From: Eledone cirrhosa
Lineage: Eukaryota
Direction of reading: 5' to 3'
Length of the DNA stretch: 64,000 nt
Assembly (NCBI GenBank): GCA_964016885.1
Contig: OZ024740.1
Span: forward strand, 162,564,001-162,628,000
Position 1 is the stretch's first letter. The number at the start of each line of letters is the position of its first letter. The notes under the pieces were generated by a model. That model did not search any database. It was given only the letters and a program-made list of their open reading frames with translations, and was not told the origin of the DNA. Both the position numbers and the translations under genes were made by a program. Of the stretch, positions 14,521 through 27,280 are shown piece after piece.

Positions 14521-16598
14521 CGTTTCGGCCGAGGTCACCGATCTTATAGGATTATTCCTACTATTTAAACTCACCGAAATGTTTCCCGCATTCGGCGGTG
14601 GATTGTACCGAGACGATGGGCTCCTTACCCTCAAAAGCTACAACCCCAGTAGTACAGACCGGGTCCATAAACAACTCATCAACTTTTTCCGGGACTGGGG
14701 ATTTAAAATCACCCTACAAACGTCCCTAACCCGAGTAAATTTCCTGGACGTTACTCTCAACCTCGAAAATGATCTGTACTACCCATACAGGAAACCAAAC
14801 GACAACCTGCACTACATCCACCGCCGCTCTAACCATCCTAGAAAAACATCACCAATAATCTGGTTAAGAACATCTCCCTCCGCATATCTCGTTTGTCCGC
14901 TAATGAGCAGATATTCGATGAACATGCGCCTCAGTACGACCAGGCCCTCAAGCGGAGTGGCTTCCGGGGGGAAATATCCTTTTATCCAGCTTCCCTTAGC
15001 GGAACCAGCAGGCGTCGTCGCCGCTCACGCCACGTAACGTGGTTCAACCCTCCCCACAATGCTGAGGTTGCAACACCAATCGGGAAAATCTTCTTTAGGC
15101 TCCTCGAAAAACACTTTCCACCACAACACCGCTACCACAACATAATCAACAAAAACACTATCAAGCTATCCTACAGCACCACACCTAATTTCGTACAAAA
15201 CATTGTCTCCTCAAACAACAAAAAACTTCCCCTATGGAAGAAACAACCTAGAAATTAGTGGAGAGCCGACCAGGAGGTGTAACTGCCCTGATGGATCTAC
15301 GTGCCCCATCAACAACAGATGCCGAGAACGTAACGTGATCTACCAGTGCAAGGTGAGGACGGACACCTCCAACAAAGCTTATATAGGATTAACCGCTTGT
15401 GACTTTAAGACCCGGCTATAGCAACACCGACATACGTTCCGGAACCCGGTCCGGCGACATGCCACCACACTTTCGGGCCATATCTGGGACCGCCAAGATA
15501 ATAATATAACTTACCATCTTACTTGGAGCTAACTCTTATACGGGAAGACGCCGTCCGTGTAACTTATGCTCGGAGGAAACATTACAAATGCTGTTTACGA
15601 AGGATCAACTCCTAAACAAAAAAGACGAACTGGTAACTGCATGCAAACACAGATTGCGGAAGAATTACCTCGCCCACAAAACCCCTAACGATCCGGATGG
15701 ATAGACAATGACTGAAACACCCCACTTGCCGAATAAGATAGGAGAAACCCCAACTTATATAGGTAGATGTACCTATTTTCTTTTCCTCTATGTTTTCTTC
15801 TTCCCTTTGTCTCCTCCTATCACTTCTTTCCACCACCGATCTTCTTCCTCGTTCGTTTTATTTACCCTTTCGCCTACCCGAGGCAGCCCATCGGGCCTCT
15901 TTAGCCTCAGTACCCCCACCCCAGTAACTTATAGATAGCATTGGCCGATTACGTTATACTAACTATTCATAGCAGCTGTGTTAGACCCCAGAGATGTATT
16001 AATTTTTACCCAATTCTAAAATTTCAATAATTCTCATCTAGCAACTCATTCTATAGCATTGGCCGAAAAAGCAATACCAACTAAATATAACAGCTGTGTT
16101 AGACTTCTTAGTTTTTGTTTTATTTCACTTCTCACTTTCCAATCTTACATTCTGATACATCTTTCTCTCATTTTTTATTATATTCTTTTTTATTATATTT
16201 TTTCTCTGTCTCCTAATCTCATTTGATTTACCAATTCTATAACGTCTCTCCTCTATTTTCTAAAGAAACCTTTTTTCGCCTACCTCCTCTGGCCTACTTT
16301 CATACACATTCCTTAGAATTTGCTGTGTAGATTTCACCTTCAACGCTTGACCGGCTCTACCCACTCCCTATCATTCTACAGGCAAGTTCAGCCACCCCCA
16401 ACCCGCACCCACTGCCATGATAGACTTTTCTGTGTCTGCTACAAATTTTGACCAATCCTTTTGACAACTACAATCTTCCCATATAAGGAAGTACCCTTGA
16501 AAAGTTCGGCTATTTATTTACCAGACTAAAAACTCTTACTTTTCCAGAAATAGCCGTCGAAACGGCTTGAGCTCTGCCGTCGGTTCATACTTTCTCAT
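14521..16598 (+). mobile_element. Penelope-like element (Neptune-like): RT C-half, Cys linker, GIY-YIG endonuclease and 3' UTR
   Basis: GLYRDDGL, VNFLDVTLNL, PYRKPN, WFNPP, CNC..CP...C linker and NVIYQCKV....YIGLTACDFKTRL across frameshifted ORFs 14516..15421. Ends at (TA)n. Confidence 0.92.
16493..16585 (+). ncRNA. Decayed hammerhead motif in the PLE 3' pLTR
   Basis: acc-(C)TTGAAAA (mutated core)-g..cggctattt...aaatagccg.c-GAAAC-ggc...gcc-GTC-ggt. Stems II and III are clear. Confidence 0.55.
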
Positions 16599-16608
16599 AT
16601 ATATATAT

Positions 16609-17460
16609 AGCCAATTTTCCACGCAATACTTTTAGTTAGCACCCCGAACGCATAATTGGGAATATAATCACTTATTTCCTAATGTTTGTTGAGTGAGTTA
16701 GAATTTGGCCGGAGTATCGCTAAAAAGCTTTCTCCGATATTGTATTTATTTATTTACTCTTAGCACAGCAGATTCGAAAACATTCCCGGTATAAGGTTAG
16801 CATTTTTTTGTTTATTTTTTTATATATGAATATTGATTGTTCCTTATATCTCATTCTGTTATTTTGCCCGAGAAAATATCTGTGTGTCATCAAATGTTGT
16901 TCACACATAGATATTTTTTCAATTTCCAATTGAGTTCTTAGCACGTGGCCTGAATTCCTTTCAGAGTTCATTGTCATGCGCATGTATTGTTTTTTTGGCG
17001 GTAATTTACTTCCTCATTTTTTGAATCAGTTTGAGCACTTCTTTAGAACTGCTGGACTGGCAACCTGACAGATACCTCAGGCACAGAGGATGATGATTAT
17101 CGCTAAATACTGATGTTGGTTAGATTATCAATATTAGTATTATTGGGGGACCCACTGGTGGATTATAGGAGCCCACTTGAATATATATCTATTGATGGTA
17201 TACAAGCTCCTATATAAACTGGTATAATTTCACCCAAATTGTAGGAATCCTATAATGAAACGAGACGTCCGTCTGGGAAGAGATATATTAGATATGTCTC
17301 ATATGAAATAATACAGCCAATTTTCCACGCAATACTTTTAGTTAGCACTCCGAAAGCATAATTGGGAATATAATCACTTATTTCCTAATGTTTGTTGAGT
17401 GAGTTGGAATTTGGCCGGAGTATCCCTAAAAAGCTTTCTCCGATATTGTATTTATTTATA
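16609..17460 (+). mobile_element. ~850 bp module bounded by ~145 bp direct repeats (pLTR-like)
   Basis: agccaattttccacgc...ccgatattgtatttattta at ~16609-16752 and ~17315-17460, flanked by (TA)n. An HHR-like motif lies just before the second repeat. Confidence 0.75.
17151..17277 (+). ncRNA. Hammerhead motif with a doubly substituted core (CUGGUGG)
   Basis: ccca-CTGGTGG-attatagga...tcctataat-GAAAC-gagacgtcc-GTC-tggg. Stem I is 4 bp and stem II is a perfect 9 bp. Confidence 0.6.
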
Positions 17461-17679
17461 TATATATATATATATATTTATTTATTCAGGTTTGAGGTTC
17501 ACCACTGTATAGAGCTGGTCTATTCCGTATGGTCAATCGTAATGCAATAATATAGAGAGTACTCAACGTAAAGCAGTTCAACCGTCTTTGTTTTTGTAGT
17601 TGGTGGTGCTATTACGGAGTTAAATATTATAATGAAATGACAGGAGGCTGGATTTGTGTAAATACTTGAAAGGTTTATT

Positions 17680-17737
17680 ATACTATGATCATTTCAATGA
17701 CCGGGTTCCGTATGAATCCGGTGATATCATCAGGTAT
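17680..17737 (-). ncRNA. Type I hammerhead ribozyme (left inverted repeat)
   Basis: Reverse complement of 19591-19648. Confidence 0.75.
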
Positions 17738-19590
17738 TCGAAATATAATACGTGAATGTAATAGGTAAAATCCATGGGGCTGAAAATCGAGACCCGAGGG
17801 CGACCGCTATTCTGTTCCTTCAACCTCAGCCGGTCGCCCTGGAGTGACGTGGCTAAAGTTTATAGTATGCTACTACCGGTCAGATAAACGAAAACAGAAA
17901 GGGATGGGAGCATAAGTTAACGTCGATCTCATGACACAAGGTAAAAGAAAGAAAGAAAGGAAGGAGAGAGAAGAAGGGGGAAGAAAGAAGAAGAGAAACC
18001 AGGGTTAATGTCAGTTAAAAGAAGAAAGGCAACTACTACCGGTCAGATATAGGCAAGCAAGAGGGGGAAGGAAGATAAGTCTGCGGGAGGAAGACAGGAG
18101 GAGGGGAGAAGAGAAGGAAGGGAAGAGAGAAGTAGAAAAGTAAGGGTTGATGGCTACAAGAAGGAAGATAGAAAGAAAGAGGAAGAAAGGTCGATATTAA
18201 TGTCAGACCACAGTCAAGCCAGGAGTGGCGCGAGAAAATGTTCACAGGGACCCGCATCTTAGCAGAGGTGAATATATTGGGAGTCAGTGTGTTACAGTGT
18301 TTAGACTTCTAGGATGAAATTAAAAAAATTAATAATCAATATTCAATATTAAAGAGGTTACAAAATTTAACGTTCAACAGTTTAACATTTAATTATATAA
18401 TAGTTCCGATTTGTTCTGTAATTTAAAGGTACTATGTGGCGGTTAAAACACCGGCCGCGCCCCGGGCCCCATGGCGAATTAAGCTACGCCGAGTATTTTC
18501 ATTTACTGAAAGAAGGGGAAATTTATTTTTCCAAGCACTCCAGGTGAGCTCGTTCGCCAGGGAGCTGGTCGCGCCGCCATTAAAACCCACCCAACAGTCC
18601 GACAGAAAGTTGGAACTTTAAAATTTTGCTTAGAGAAGTAAAAGAGTAATGGTTGATAGCTACAAGAAGGAAGATAGAAAGAGAGAGGAAGGAAGGTCGA
18701 TATTAATGTCACACCACAGTCGGGCCAGGAGTGGCGCGACAAAATTTTCACAGGGACTCGCATCTTAGCATAGGTGAATATATTGGGGGTCAGTGTGTTA
18801 CAATGTTTAGACTTATAGGATGAAGTTAAAAAATTAATAATCAATATTCCATATTAAAGAGGTTAGAAAATTTAAAGCTCAACAGTTTCAGGTTGATATA
18901 TCTAATAGTTCCGATTTGTTCTGTAATTTAAAGGTGCTATTTGGCGGTTAAAACACCGGCCGCGCCCCGGGCCCCATGGCGAATTAAGCCACGCCGAGTA
19001 TTTTCATTTACCGAAAGAAGGGGAAATTTATTTTTCCAAGCACTCCAGGTGAGCCCGTTCGCCAGGGAGCCGGTCGCGCCGCCGCTAAAACCCACCCAAC
19101 GGTCCGACAGAAAGTTGGAACTTTAGAATTTTGCTTAACTCTATCGGATGAAGTTGAAAGAATTCCGAATAACATTATAAAACTAAGGAGTAAGAAGATT
19201 GAGAATGGAACAAACAGAAAATTGAAGATTAAACATTCAAATAACTTCTATGAGGTTTTGGGTTGCGGGGTTTAATTAAATGGAGTCTTTTATGAAGAAA
19301 CGTTAATTGTATTATGTAGATCTGTAATTTATCCTAGTGGGATGTAGAGTACGGGATATAGTCGTGTAATGTTTAATTTTTGTTCTCAGGAGGATACATT
19401 CTAGTGTCGTGTGCTAATGGGTACAGGTCCCAATGTGGGGAGTAGAAATACATGGATACATAGAAGTGGAATACGTGGAAGAGCACATTGGTACAGCAGA
19501 GGTATAAATATATAAACATATCAATATATAGGTATAAACGATTTTCAGCCCCATGGATTTTACCTATTACATTCACGTATTATATTTCGA

Positions 19591-19648
19591 ATACCTGATG
19601 ATATCACCGGATTCATACGGAACCCGGTCATTGAAATGATCATAGTAT
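19591..19648 (+). ncRNA. Type I hammerhead ribozyme (right inverted repeat)
   Basis: atac-CTGATGA-tatc-accgg...ccggt-catt-GAAAT-gatc-ATA-gtat. Palindromic stem III ATGATCAT and triplet AUA. Confidence 0.75.
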
Positions 19649-19696
19649 AATAAACCTTTCAAGGATTTACACAAATCCAGCCTCCTGTCATTTCAT

Positions 19697-19731
<35 letters not shown>

Positions 19732-19734
<3 letters not shown>

Positions 19735-19831
19735 GGTGTCACAAAAAGTGTATACACACTTCAACAGCATTCTAATAAATATTGCCTGTACAGGTAATCA
19801 AAGTGTGTATACATTTTGGGGGAACACTCTG
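19732..19831. mobile_element. ~100 bp Tc1/mariner-type MITE (copy 2)
   Basis: TA|CAGGGTGT...ACACTCTG|TA. The interior is nearly identical to 12534-12639. Confidence 0.75.
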
Positions 19832-20023
19832 TATATCCCTTTCTTGCCGTTCTCTCTCTCTCTCTCTCACCTTCTTTGGAAGAAATAGACTGTGTTCAGA
19901 GCTGGAGAGGGGATGGGATTCGTCAGGTTTAAATTCTCCACGACACGCCGTATGTCACAACGGTGCACGTATGACTCCAGCAGGAGTTACTGGTTCATAC
20001 ATAGGGGAGACATATCCATGAAA

Positions 20024-20345
20024 TCTTCTTCTTCTTCTTCTTCTTCTTCTTCTTCTTCTTCTTCTTCTTCTTCTTCTTCTTCTTCTTCTTCTTGTCGAGG
20101 TCTATCCCTGGATCTCCTGCCGGTTTTTTTTTGTCCATAAAATCTGTCCAACGAAATTCTTTCCTGAAACATTCTAATCACATGCCTACAGTATTGGTGT
20201 TGTGATCTCTCAAATCGGAGAAGTAGCGGCTCTAGCTGTAGTAACTCTCTGACTCCGAATTACGTACTCTATTGAGTAACATTACTCCAAAGACCCTGCG
20301 GGGAACCCCATTTCGGCCGCTTGTTTTTGTGATCGTATTCTTTCG
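20024..20345 (-). mobile_element. RTE-type LINE 3' fragment with (GAA)n tail
   Basis: Homologous to part of ~22760-23060 (ggagaagtagc.g.tcta, gagtaacattact, gatcgtattctttc). A (TTC)n run lies at its minus-strand 3' end. Confidence 0.65.
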
Positions 20346-22629
20346 TTTGAATCATGAAATGAAATATTAAATATATAGGTACAGGCATGGGTGTGTGGTT
20401 AAGAAATTTGTTGAAGGCCGAAGATATTTTCGAGCAATTTTAGAGGAACTAGTCTATAAAAGTTGATTAAAGTAGAAGGTGGAGTCAAGTTGTGAGGTTC
20501 ACTGATACTAAACATTTGGTTTCTTACCAGTCTTTTTTTTATCTATTTTGCTAGACTTTTTAGCCTCTTTCAATATATTGTAGTGCCGTTTATTACATGT
20601 ATGTATATCTCCATATGTTTTGAAACTCTTTCGTATGATACACGTTGTATGTATGGGGCCTTGTAACCAATAAAGAAGGAATTATTATTGCTATTACTTG
20701 TTACTATTGCTGCTGCAGCTGCTGTCGTATTGCCGTAATAACAAATGGTTTCCGTGATTATCTGTATCAGCAATGTTTCATTCTATCAGCGATGATATAT
20801 TTGCGAATTATCAAGATAATTTGCGTTGGCATATTGACCGAAGTACTTAACCCGCCCACCCTCATCCACCCCTGACAACAAAGTGGCAGAACACTTGCTT
20901 CCTTGCTATTAGCTAACTTCTTTGTGTTGGCGATAACGAAATAGTACCTGTAAGCACCAAAGATTAGAGCCATTTCAATAGATGCTTTGTTTAAGCCTTT
21001 AGTTTCATGGGTTTGTTGTTGATTTTATCATGGCTGTTTTTTGTTGCTGTTATTTTTAAAAACTTTTATCAAACCACCATATTACAACTACTACCACAAA
21101 ACTTGTTAATGGTTTTTTGATTACGCTAGTTTTATGTATTTTTATATCAGCTGATATTATGTGCCTACAGAACACATATCATTCATATGTCACCGAGTGC
21201 TTCCCTTTGGTACCCCGAAATGTTCATTATACGAGAGACAAGTAGATATTTTTTTAAGTGTTTGATTCTAAAGTAATTTAAGTTCATTAACCTAACCTTA
21301 ACAGATAATTAAATGTCTTTTTTAATTGTTTACAATACCACATATTCAGCATTAAACAATTTGATTGTCATTTAGTGTGGAACCTGAGCGCATGATTGGC
21401 GTATGTTTAAGACGTTCCCTTCGCAACAACATGGTTCCAGATTCGATCTCACAGCACAGCATCTTAGGCGAGTGTCTTTAAATATAGCGACGTGTTTGCT
21501 AATGCCTTATGAGTAGACACAGAGAAAGGAAACTGTGTAAAGGTCCATCGTGTGTGTGTGTGCGTGTGTGTGTGTTTCCACGATGTATATTGACGAAAGA
21601 TCTAAAGCATCAACGAAAAAGATATTAAGATGATGTTTTCAAATTAATGTCTTTTATGAGATATATATTCCATCCGAGTTGGACAGACACTCCCTCGTCC
21701 CTATCACCATCTTAAATGCAGTAAACCACTGATTGGTTGATTAGAAATCTGTAGCCAACAACGTTATTGTTCACAATATGCGACACAAGAAAGTATTTTT
21801 AAGTATTTAAATCTAAACTATTAAGTTCAATGTTTTAAAACAAATTGAGAATGAAGTATTTTTCTTAACTTTATACAATTAACCCTGTTCAAATTTGGTA
21901 ATCCAAGTCTGATGTGCAATATAGGTCCCATTTCAAACTGCTCAATTAGTATTTTAGTAAACACTATTAAATGTATGATTTATGTATGAATTATGGATAT
22001 CAAGTTTGTTTGTACATGATGTTCTTTTAATTAACAGAATAGAATAAATGAATTAAAATTTAAGAGGAGTAGACCCCCCCCCCCCCCCCCCGCAAAAAAA
22101 AAAAAAATAACAGGCCCATGTTAATTGGTTTATCTGGCCCCTATTGATGTTCTGGCCTGTACACAATACCATATAGCCAAAATTAAAGAACGAAGCTAAC
22201 AATTGTATTTTTGTCATTTAGTTGACAGGATATTGAATAGGCAGAGTTGTTGGAACGTTAGACACGCTGTTTTTCGGAATTCATTTTGGCTCTCTGCGTT
22301 GGGGGTTTAAATAACTCCAAGGTCAACTTTGCTTTAAGAAATCAATAAGAAAAAGTACCAGTCTTGCACTGACTATATTTTTACTTTATCTAATTCTCTT
22401 TCCTCTTCTCTAGAAGAACTCGGTTGTGTTCAAACTTGGAAAGGAGATGGGTTCCGCCAAATTTAAAGTGTTCATGATACGCCGCAAATCACTATGACAC
22501 CCCTATTACTTCATCAAAAAATGCAAATCCATGCATATATACACTTAGATCTCATACGGTTGGTATCAAAATATGTACCAATTAGCATGGTAAGAATACA
22601 AGATTATTGGTTTGTAGGTAAGCTGCTGC

Positions 22630-23440
22630 TGCTTCTTCTTCTTCTTCTTCTTCTTCTTCTTCTTCTTCTTCTTCTTCTTCTTCTTCTTCTTCTTCTTCTT
22701 CTTCTTCTTCTTCTTCTTCTTCTTCTTCTTCTTCTTCTTCTTCTTCTTCTTCTTCTTCGCCCACTTATTTCTGAGAGGGTCGTGGAGGCAGGGTCCTCAA
22801 ACACTCCTTCCAGCAGGTCCTGTCGGTTGGTTTTGCAACCGTCTCCAATTGATCCGGCCGGATCCCAAAGCGAGACCAGCCAAGCTCATAGATTTTATCC
22901 CATAGTATCGGGCTGTGATACCTCAATTCGGAGAAGTAGCAGTTCTACCTGGATCGCTGATCACCGAGCTACAAACTCTATCGAGTAACATTACTTCGAA
23001 GATCCTTCGGAGGAACTCCATTTCGACCGCTTGTATTCGCGATCGTATTCTTTCGGACATTACTCAAGATTCATGACCATAGGTAAGGGTTAGCATGAAT
23101 ACCGATTTGACGATAGCGAGTTTGGCTTTTACGCCTACTTCCCTTCTTCTGATTACCGAATGCTGAAGCTGGCGCATTACTGCACCAGCTCCTGCAATCT
23201 TTGCACTTAATTTAGCTTCCTGCCTTCTATTACCCGTGAACACGGAACCGATATTTGAATTTATTCACCTGCTTCAGTGGAACTCTATTCCCATTTAGAG
23301 TGCTCAGTGCAGGCTTCTGTGATATAATGAATATCTCAGTCTTTGCAGCACTCCACATCAACTTATCAAGTGCATGTCGGAGGTTACCTTCTGACGAGTT
23401 AAGTATTACCATGTCATCTGCAAATTTCAGCCAGCTGATC
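22630..23440 (-). mobile_element. RTE-type LINE 3' fragment with (GAA)n tail
   Basis: Minus-strand peptides LKFADDMVIL, LKQVNKFKY and LTLTYGHES..RIRSRIQAVEMEFLRRI. (TTC)n at 22632-22758 is the tail. Confidence 0.85.
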
Positions 23441-26314
23441 ATGATGATCTGTAGATGTATCCGTAGAATGCTCAGACACTTAAAAGTTAATTTCATTAGC
23501 AGGTTGTTCCGTTGATTTACCGCAAGGTAAATTAAAAACTTCAAATAGCTTAAGGAAAGAATTTTCCAGAAACCTGTCTCTTATGCTATGGTGTTTGTCA
23601 AAGGTTTTTGAATGACGAGTTTTTGAATAGGTAGACGAGAATAGTTTAGAAGCCCGTCGGATATACTATACCTGCAATTCAAAGAGCTGGCCTTATCTTA
23701 CATTGTGTCACGCTGTATCTCCTTCGCAATTACGTTATGGTCACATGTGTCTGTGGAATGCTTAGCCTCTTACACGTTAATTTCATGAGCAAGTGATTCA
23801 GTTTATCGAACAACTGGAACACTCATCGTCGAAACCGACGGTGATCCATTCCAGTAGTGTTTTCATTTACGAGAAAGGAGAATAATTCTATGAGGCGTTC
23901 ATGCCTTTCTCAATGCTGTTAGCATTGGTGACAAATTAACTGGAGAGAAAATGGCCTTCAATTTATATAGATTATCAAAATCGTAATGTCAGAAAGCAAA
24001 TATGTCAAGCCTTTTCAATAGCTCATTGTGGTTAGCTAAACTCAACCTAGCACTGGTGTGAATACAATATGAGTGATAAAAGAAGAAACCAGTGAGTCTG
24101 TCTGGAGATTGTACGAGACTAGTTAGCTAAGTAAAGCACTCAACTGTTTTTAGAAAGCAGTGTATCCAACATATTCGACTCCAGAACTTAGGTGGTGTTA
24201 ATTACTTCACCGACCTAGGAAGCATGGAAACCAAAGCCGACCTCTGTGAAATTTAAACTCAGAACATAAACAGACTTAACTAAATATTACAAGATAGTTT
24301 AATCCGAGTCTTCCTCCTACTATGTTGCCTTTTTTGCGTGTTTATTTAATTTAATAATTGCTTTATTTTTTAATAATTGCATATTTTCTCTGTAAATTTC
24401 ATTGAAGTTTGGCAAGCAATGCATCAGGAACATAAAAAGGAAAAACAATTATTCTACTTTATACATATCTAGCCACTGAAATTGCATGTACAGTCTAAAG
24501 GGATTTTTATTTATTTATGTTCTTTTCTCATTGGTTTGTTTTGTAGTGAAATTGTTACACACCAGTAATTCAGTAAACGCTAGCGGCAAATTTGTTTCAC
24601 AGTGGCTATACCGCTGATTTTTTGCCGACGTTTTTACAACCCAGTAAAATCCCAGTTCCGAAACGACACTGGTCTTTGTTAATACAATAATTAAATAATT
24701 ATCTTACATCTCGAGTTCCAATTTTTATTGATTGCAGAACCTTTAACAAAATAGAAGTAGGTTTATATATATATAAATAAATGCGTGTGCAGTGAAGGCA
24801 TCAGCTTAGATGAAAATAAATAAAACTAATAATGTATTAATTGGAATATTTCTCATAAGTTCACACAGCATAATAAGCTAAGGAATGCTCAAGCCTCATA
24901 AGTTAACACACACACACACACTGAATTAGACATGGAAAATTTACTTTACTGAGCCTACCCACTACAACCGATTCTCAAATCCTTCGTCATGCGCAATTTC
25001 CACAACACATTAATCAGAGTAAGAAGTTTTAATTTTGTTGCTGTTTTGTTTATTAATTTTTTTTTTTTTTCATTTAGAAATATTTTTTACCATTTTAAAA
25101 CCCCTCACAAAATTTGTATAAAATTAATAGTTTGTGAAAGTAATTATCATAGTTTTATTGGTTTATTGTGCTGGAGAGTAATATAACTGACGAACATACA
25201 TATTTTACTTTCTGGTCGTTCTCAGTTAGAAACCGTTCCGCTCATCATTTTTTTTTTTTTTTTTACGGTTTATTCAAGGCGTGAAAGGTGGCACCGATAA
25301 CTATTTTCATGGGTTCCAAGACTTGTGGGAGGGAGAACGTACCCGAATGCTTACAACAACGTAGATATAACTAAGGGCACTCCAAAATCAGTTGATAGAC
25401 ATAATCCGACAACGGATTATGTCTTCATCCATGTAAACTTAATCTAATGGAAAAATTTAGAAGTTAGTTGAAAATATATGTTCCTTCTTTTTATCAAAGT
25501 ACAGAAGTATAGGAATGAAAGGAAAGAGGTTGATTTCCCAGATCGGATCAAGGAAAGTATATTTCCATTGGTTTTTCCATTGCTGATAGTATCTGTTGGC
25601 TGCAACTCCTGGCAGAGCATCGACGCTTTATTTATTTATTTATTCATTTTTGTCGCTCGTGGTGAAATTTGAATTAAGAATGCAAGGCATCCCATTTGAA
25701 ACATTAAGACCCGTACTTTTGAGGAGAAATATGTCGATTGAATCGTCCCCTGTACTTGACTGATACTTTATATATTAACCATGAAACGTGGAATAGAACT
25801 TTGGCTTGATTTGAAATCAAAACGTCGGGAAAAGGAAATAAATACTGCAAGAAAGTTTCTCAAATATTTTAACACTTCTGCCAATTTATGGAATTTCGTC
25901 GAAAACCATTGGAATTTAGTTGAAAAATGTAAAATTCTCCTTCTCGTCAAGACACAGAAACAAGCATTAAAAGACAGCATGAATTTCCATCTTTTCCTCA
26001 TTGGTGGCAAACTAAATGGAGAGAAATCAGGATTCAATTTAAATAGAATATCAATTCCGTAACGACAGAAGGCAAACATGGCAAGACGTTTCAATAGATT
26101 TTCATTCAGAATCTCCGAAGCGAAATTTAATTCCGCCTCACCGGAAATCGTCTGTTTTATTCATCAGTATACTTCATTTTATTTTCACATTGAACTAGGG
26201 AGCCTCTATCACAACATAGTCACTCGACAACGTTAAAAAAAGCAGCTAACTCAAACCACGCGATGCTTCATTCTTCAATAAGGAAAGAACATGTTGGATA
26301 AAGTAGTCATATAT

Positions 26315-26781
26315 ACTACTTCTTCTATGGCCACTTATTCCTGGGAGGGTCATGGGGACAGTGTCCTCAAGCACGCCTTCCAGTGAGTCCTATCAGAAAC
26401 AACCGTCTCCTACTGAACGGCTGGATTCCAAAGCGAGACCAGCCGAGCTTATAGATGGCATTCAACCATCTTGCTCAGAGTTTACCCCTGTGTCACCTGC
26501 CGGCTAGTTTTGCTCGTAAAATCAGTCCAGCAATTCTTTCCCCGAGACATTCAAACCACAAGTCCGTAATATCGGAGCTGTGATCTCTTAATTTGGAGAA
26601 GTAGCGGCTCTATCTGGAGTGACTCTCTGATTTCGAGCTACGTTCTATCACGTAACATTACTCCATTCATGGCCATAGGTAAGGGTTGGCACGAATATCG
26701 AATTTAAGATAGCGAGTTTGGCTTTTACACCCACCTCTTTTCTGATTACCGAATGATGAAGCTGGCGCATTACTGCACCAA
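26315..26781 (-). mobile_element. RTE-type LINE 3' fragment
   Basis: Colinear homology with ~22755-23187 (gtcctcaa.cac.ccttccag, caaagcgagaccagcc, gatagcgagtttggcttttac, gctggcgcattactgcacca). Confidence 0.8.
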
Positions 26782-26786
26782 ATCAG

Positions 26787-27280
26787 TCAGAAATAGTCGA
26801 CTGTCAGCAGATTACTCGCTCCTGATACTGCTGGAATCCACCTGGTAGCGTTAGACATCAGCTTCCAAAATTCATAGCTAAAAGGCTCTCAAATGTTTAT
26901 TCGTAAACATACCGTATATCGCTAGATATACAAATACACATACTTATATATATACAGCTATGTCGGAGCGAACAATAATTCTATTTTCAGGCCGAGCCGA
27001 TCGACTGCTCGATATGCAAATGAGGCTTATCAGACTATGTACATAGGCATCAAAACTATACGTTTTTGCCTACTTTGGATTCTAGAAGAGAGCATGGAGA
27101 GAGAGCGTTGTCTTGATAACGACCATAAATCAGAAACAGTCGAATATCGGCAGATTACCCGCTCCTATTTTTCCTGGAATCCACCTCCAAATTTCATAGC
27201 TAAAAGGCCTTCAAATGTTTATTCGGAAACATACCGTTTATCGCTTGCTATTTAAGTACACATACCTATATGCATACATA
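26787..27280. repeat. Diverged ~150 bp direct repeats flanking a ~175 bp spacer
   Basis: tcagaaa.agtcga...ggaatccacct...ttcatagctaaaaggc..tcaaatgtttattcg.aaacataccg at ~26787-26955 and ~27130-27280. Confidence 0.75.

Larger units (their letters stand above)
17628..19699. mobile_element. ~2.07 kb module with ~160 bp terminal inverted repeats (inverted pLTRs) and an internal tandem duplication
   Basis: ~17628-17790 is the reverse complement of ~19539-19699. Internal ~505 bp tandem pair at ~18127-18631/~18632-19137. Confidence 0.85.

Noticed and set aside
25168-25245. CTGGAGA / taactgacgaac-gttctcagtta hairpin / GAAAC
   Set aside because: The hairpin is real, but core spacing, stem I and stem III do not fit a hammerhead.
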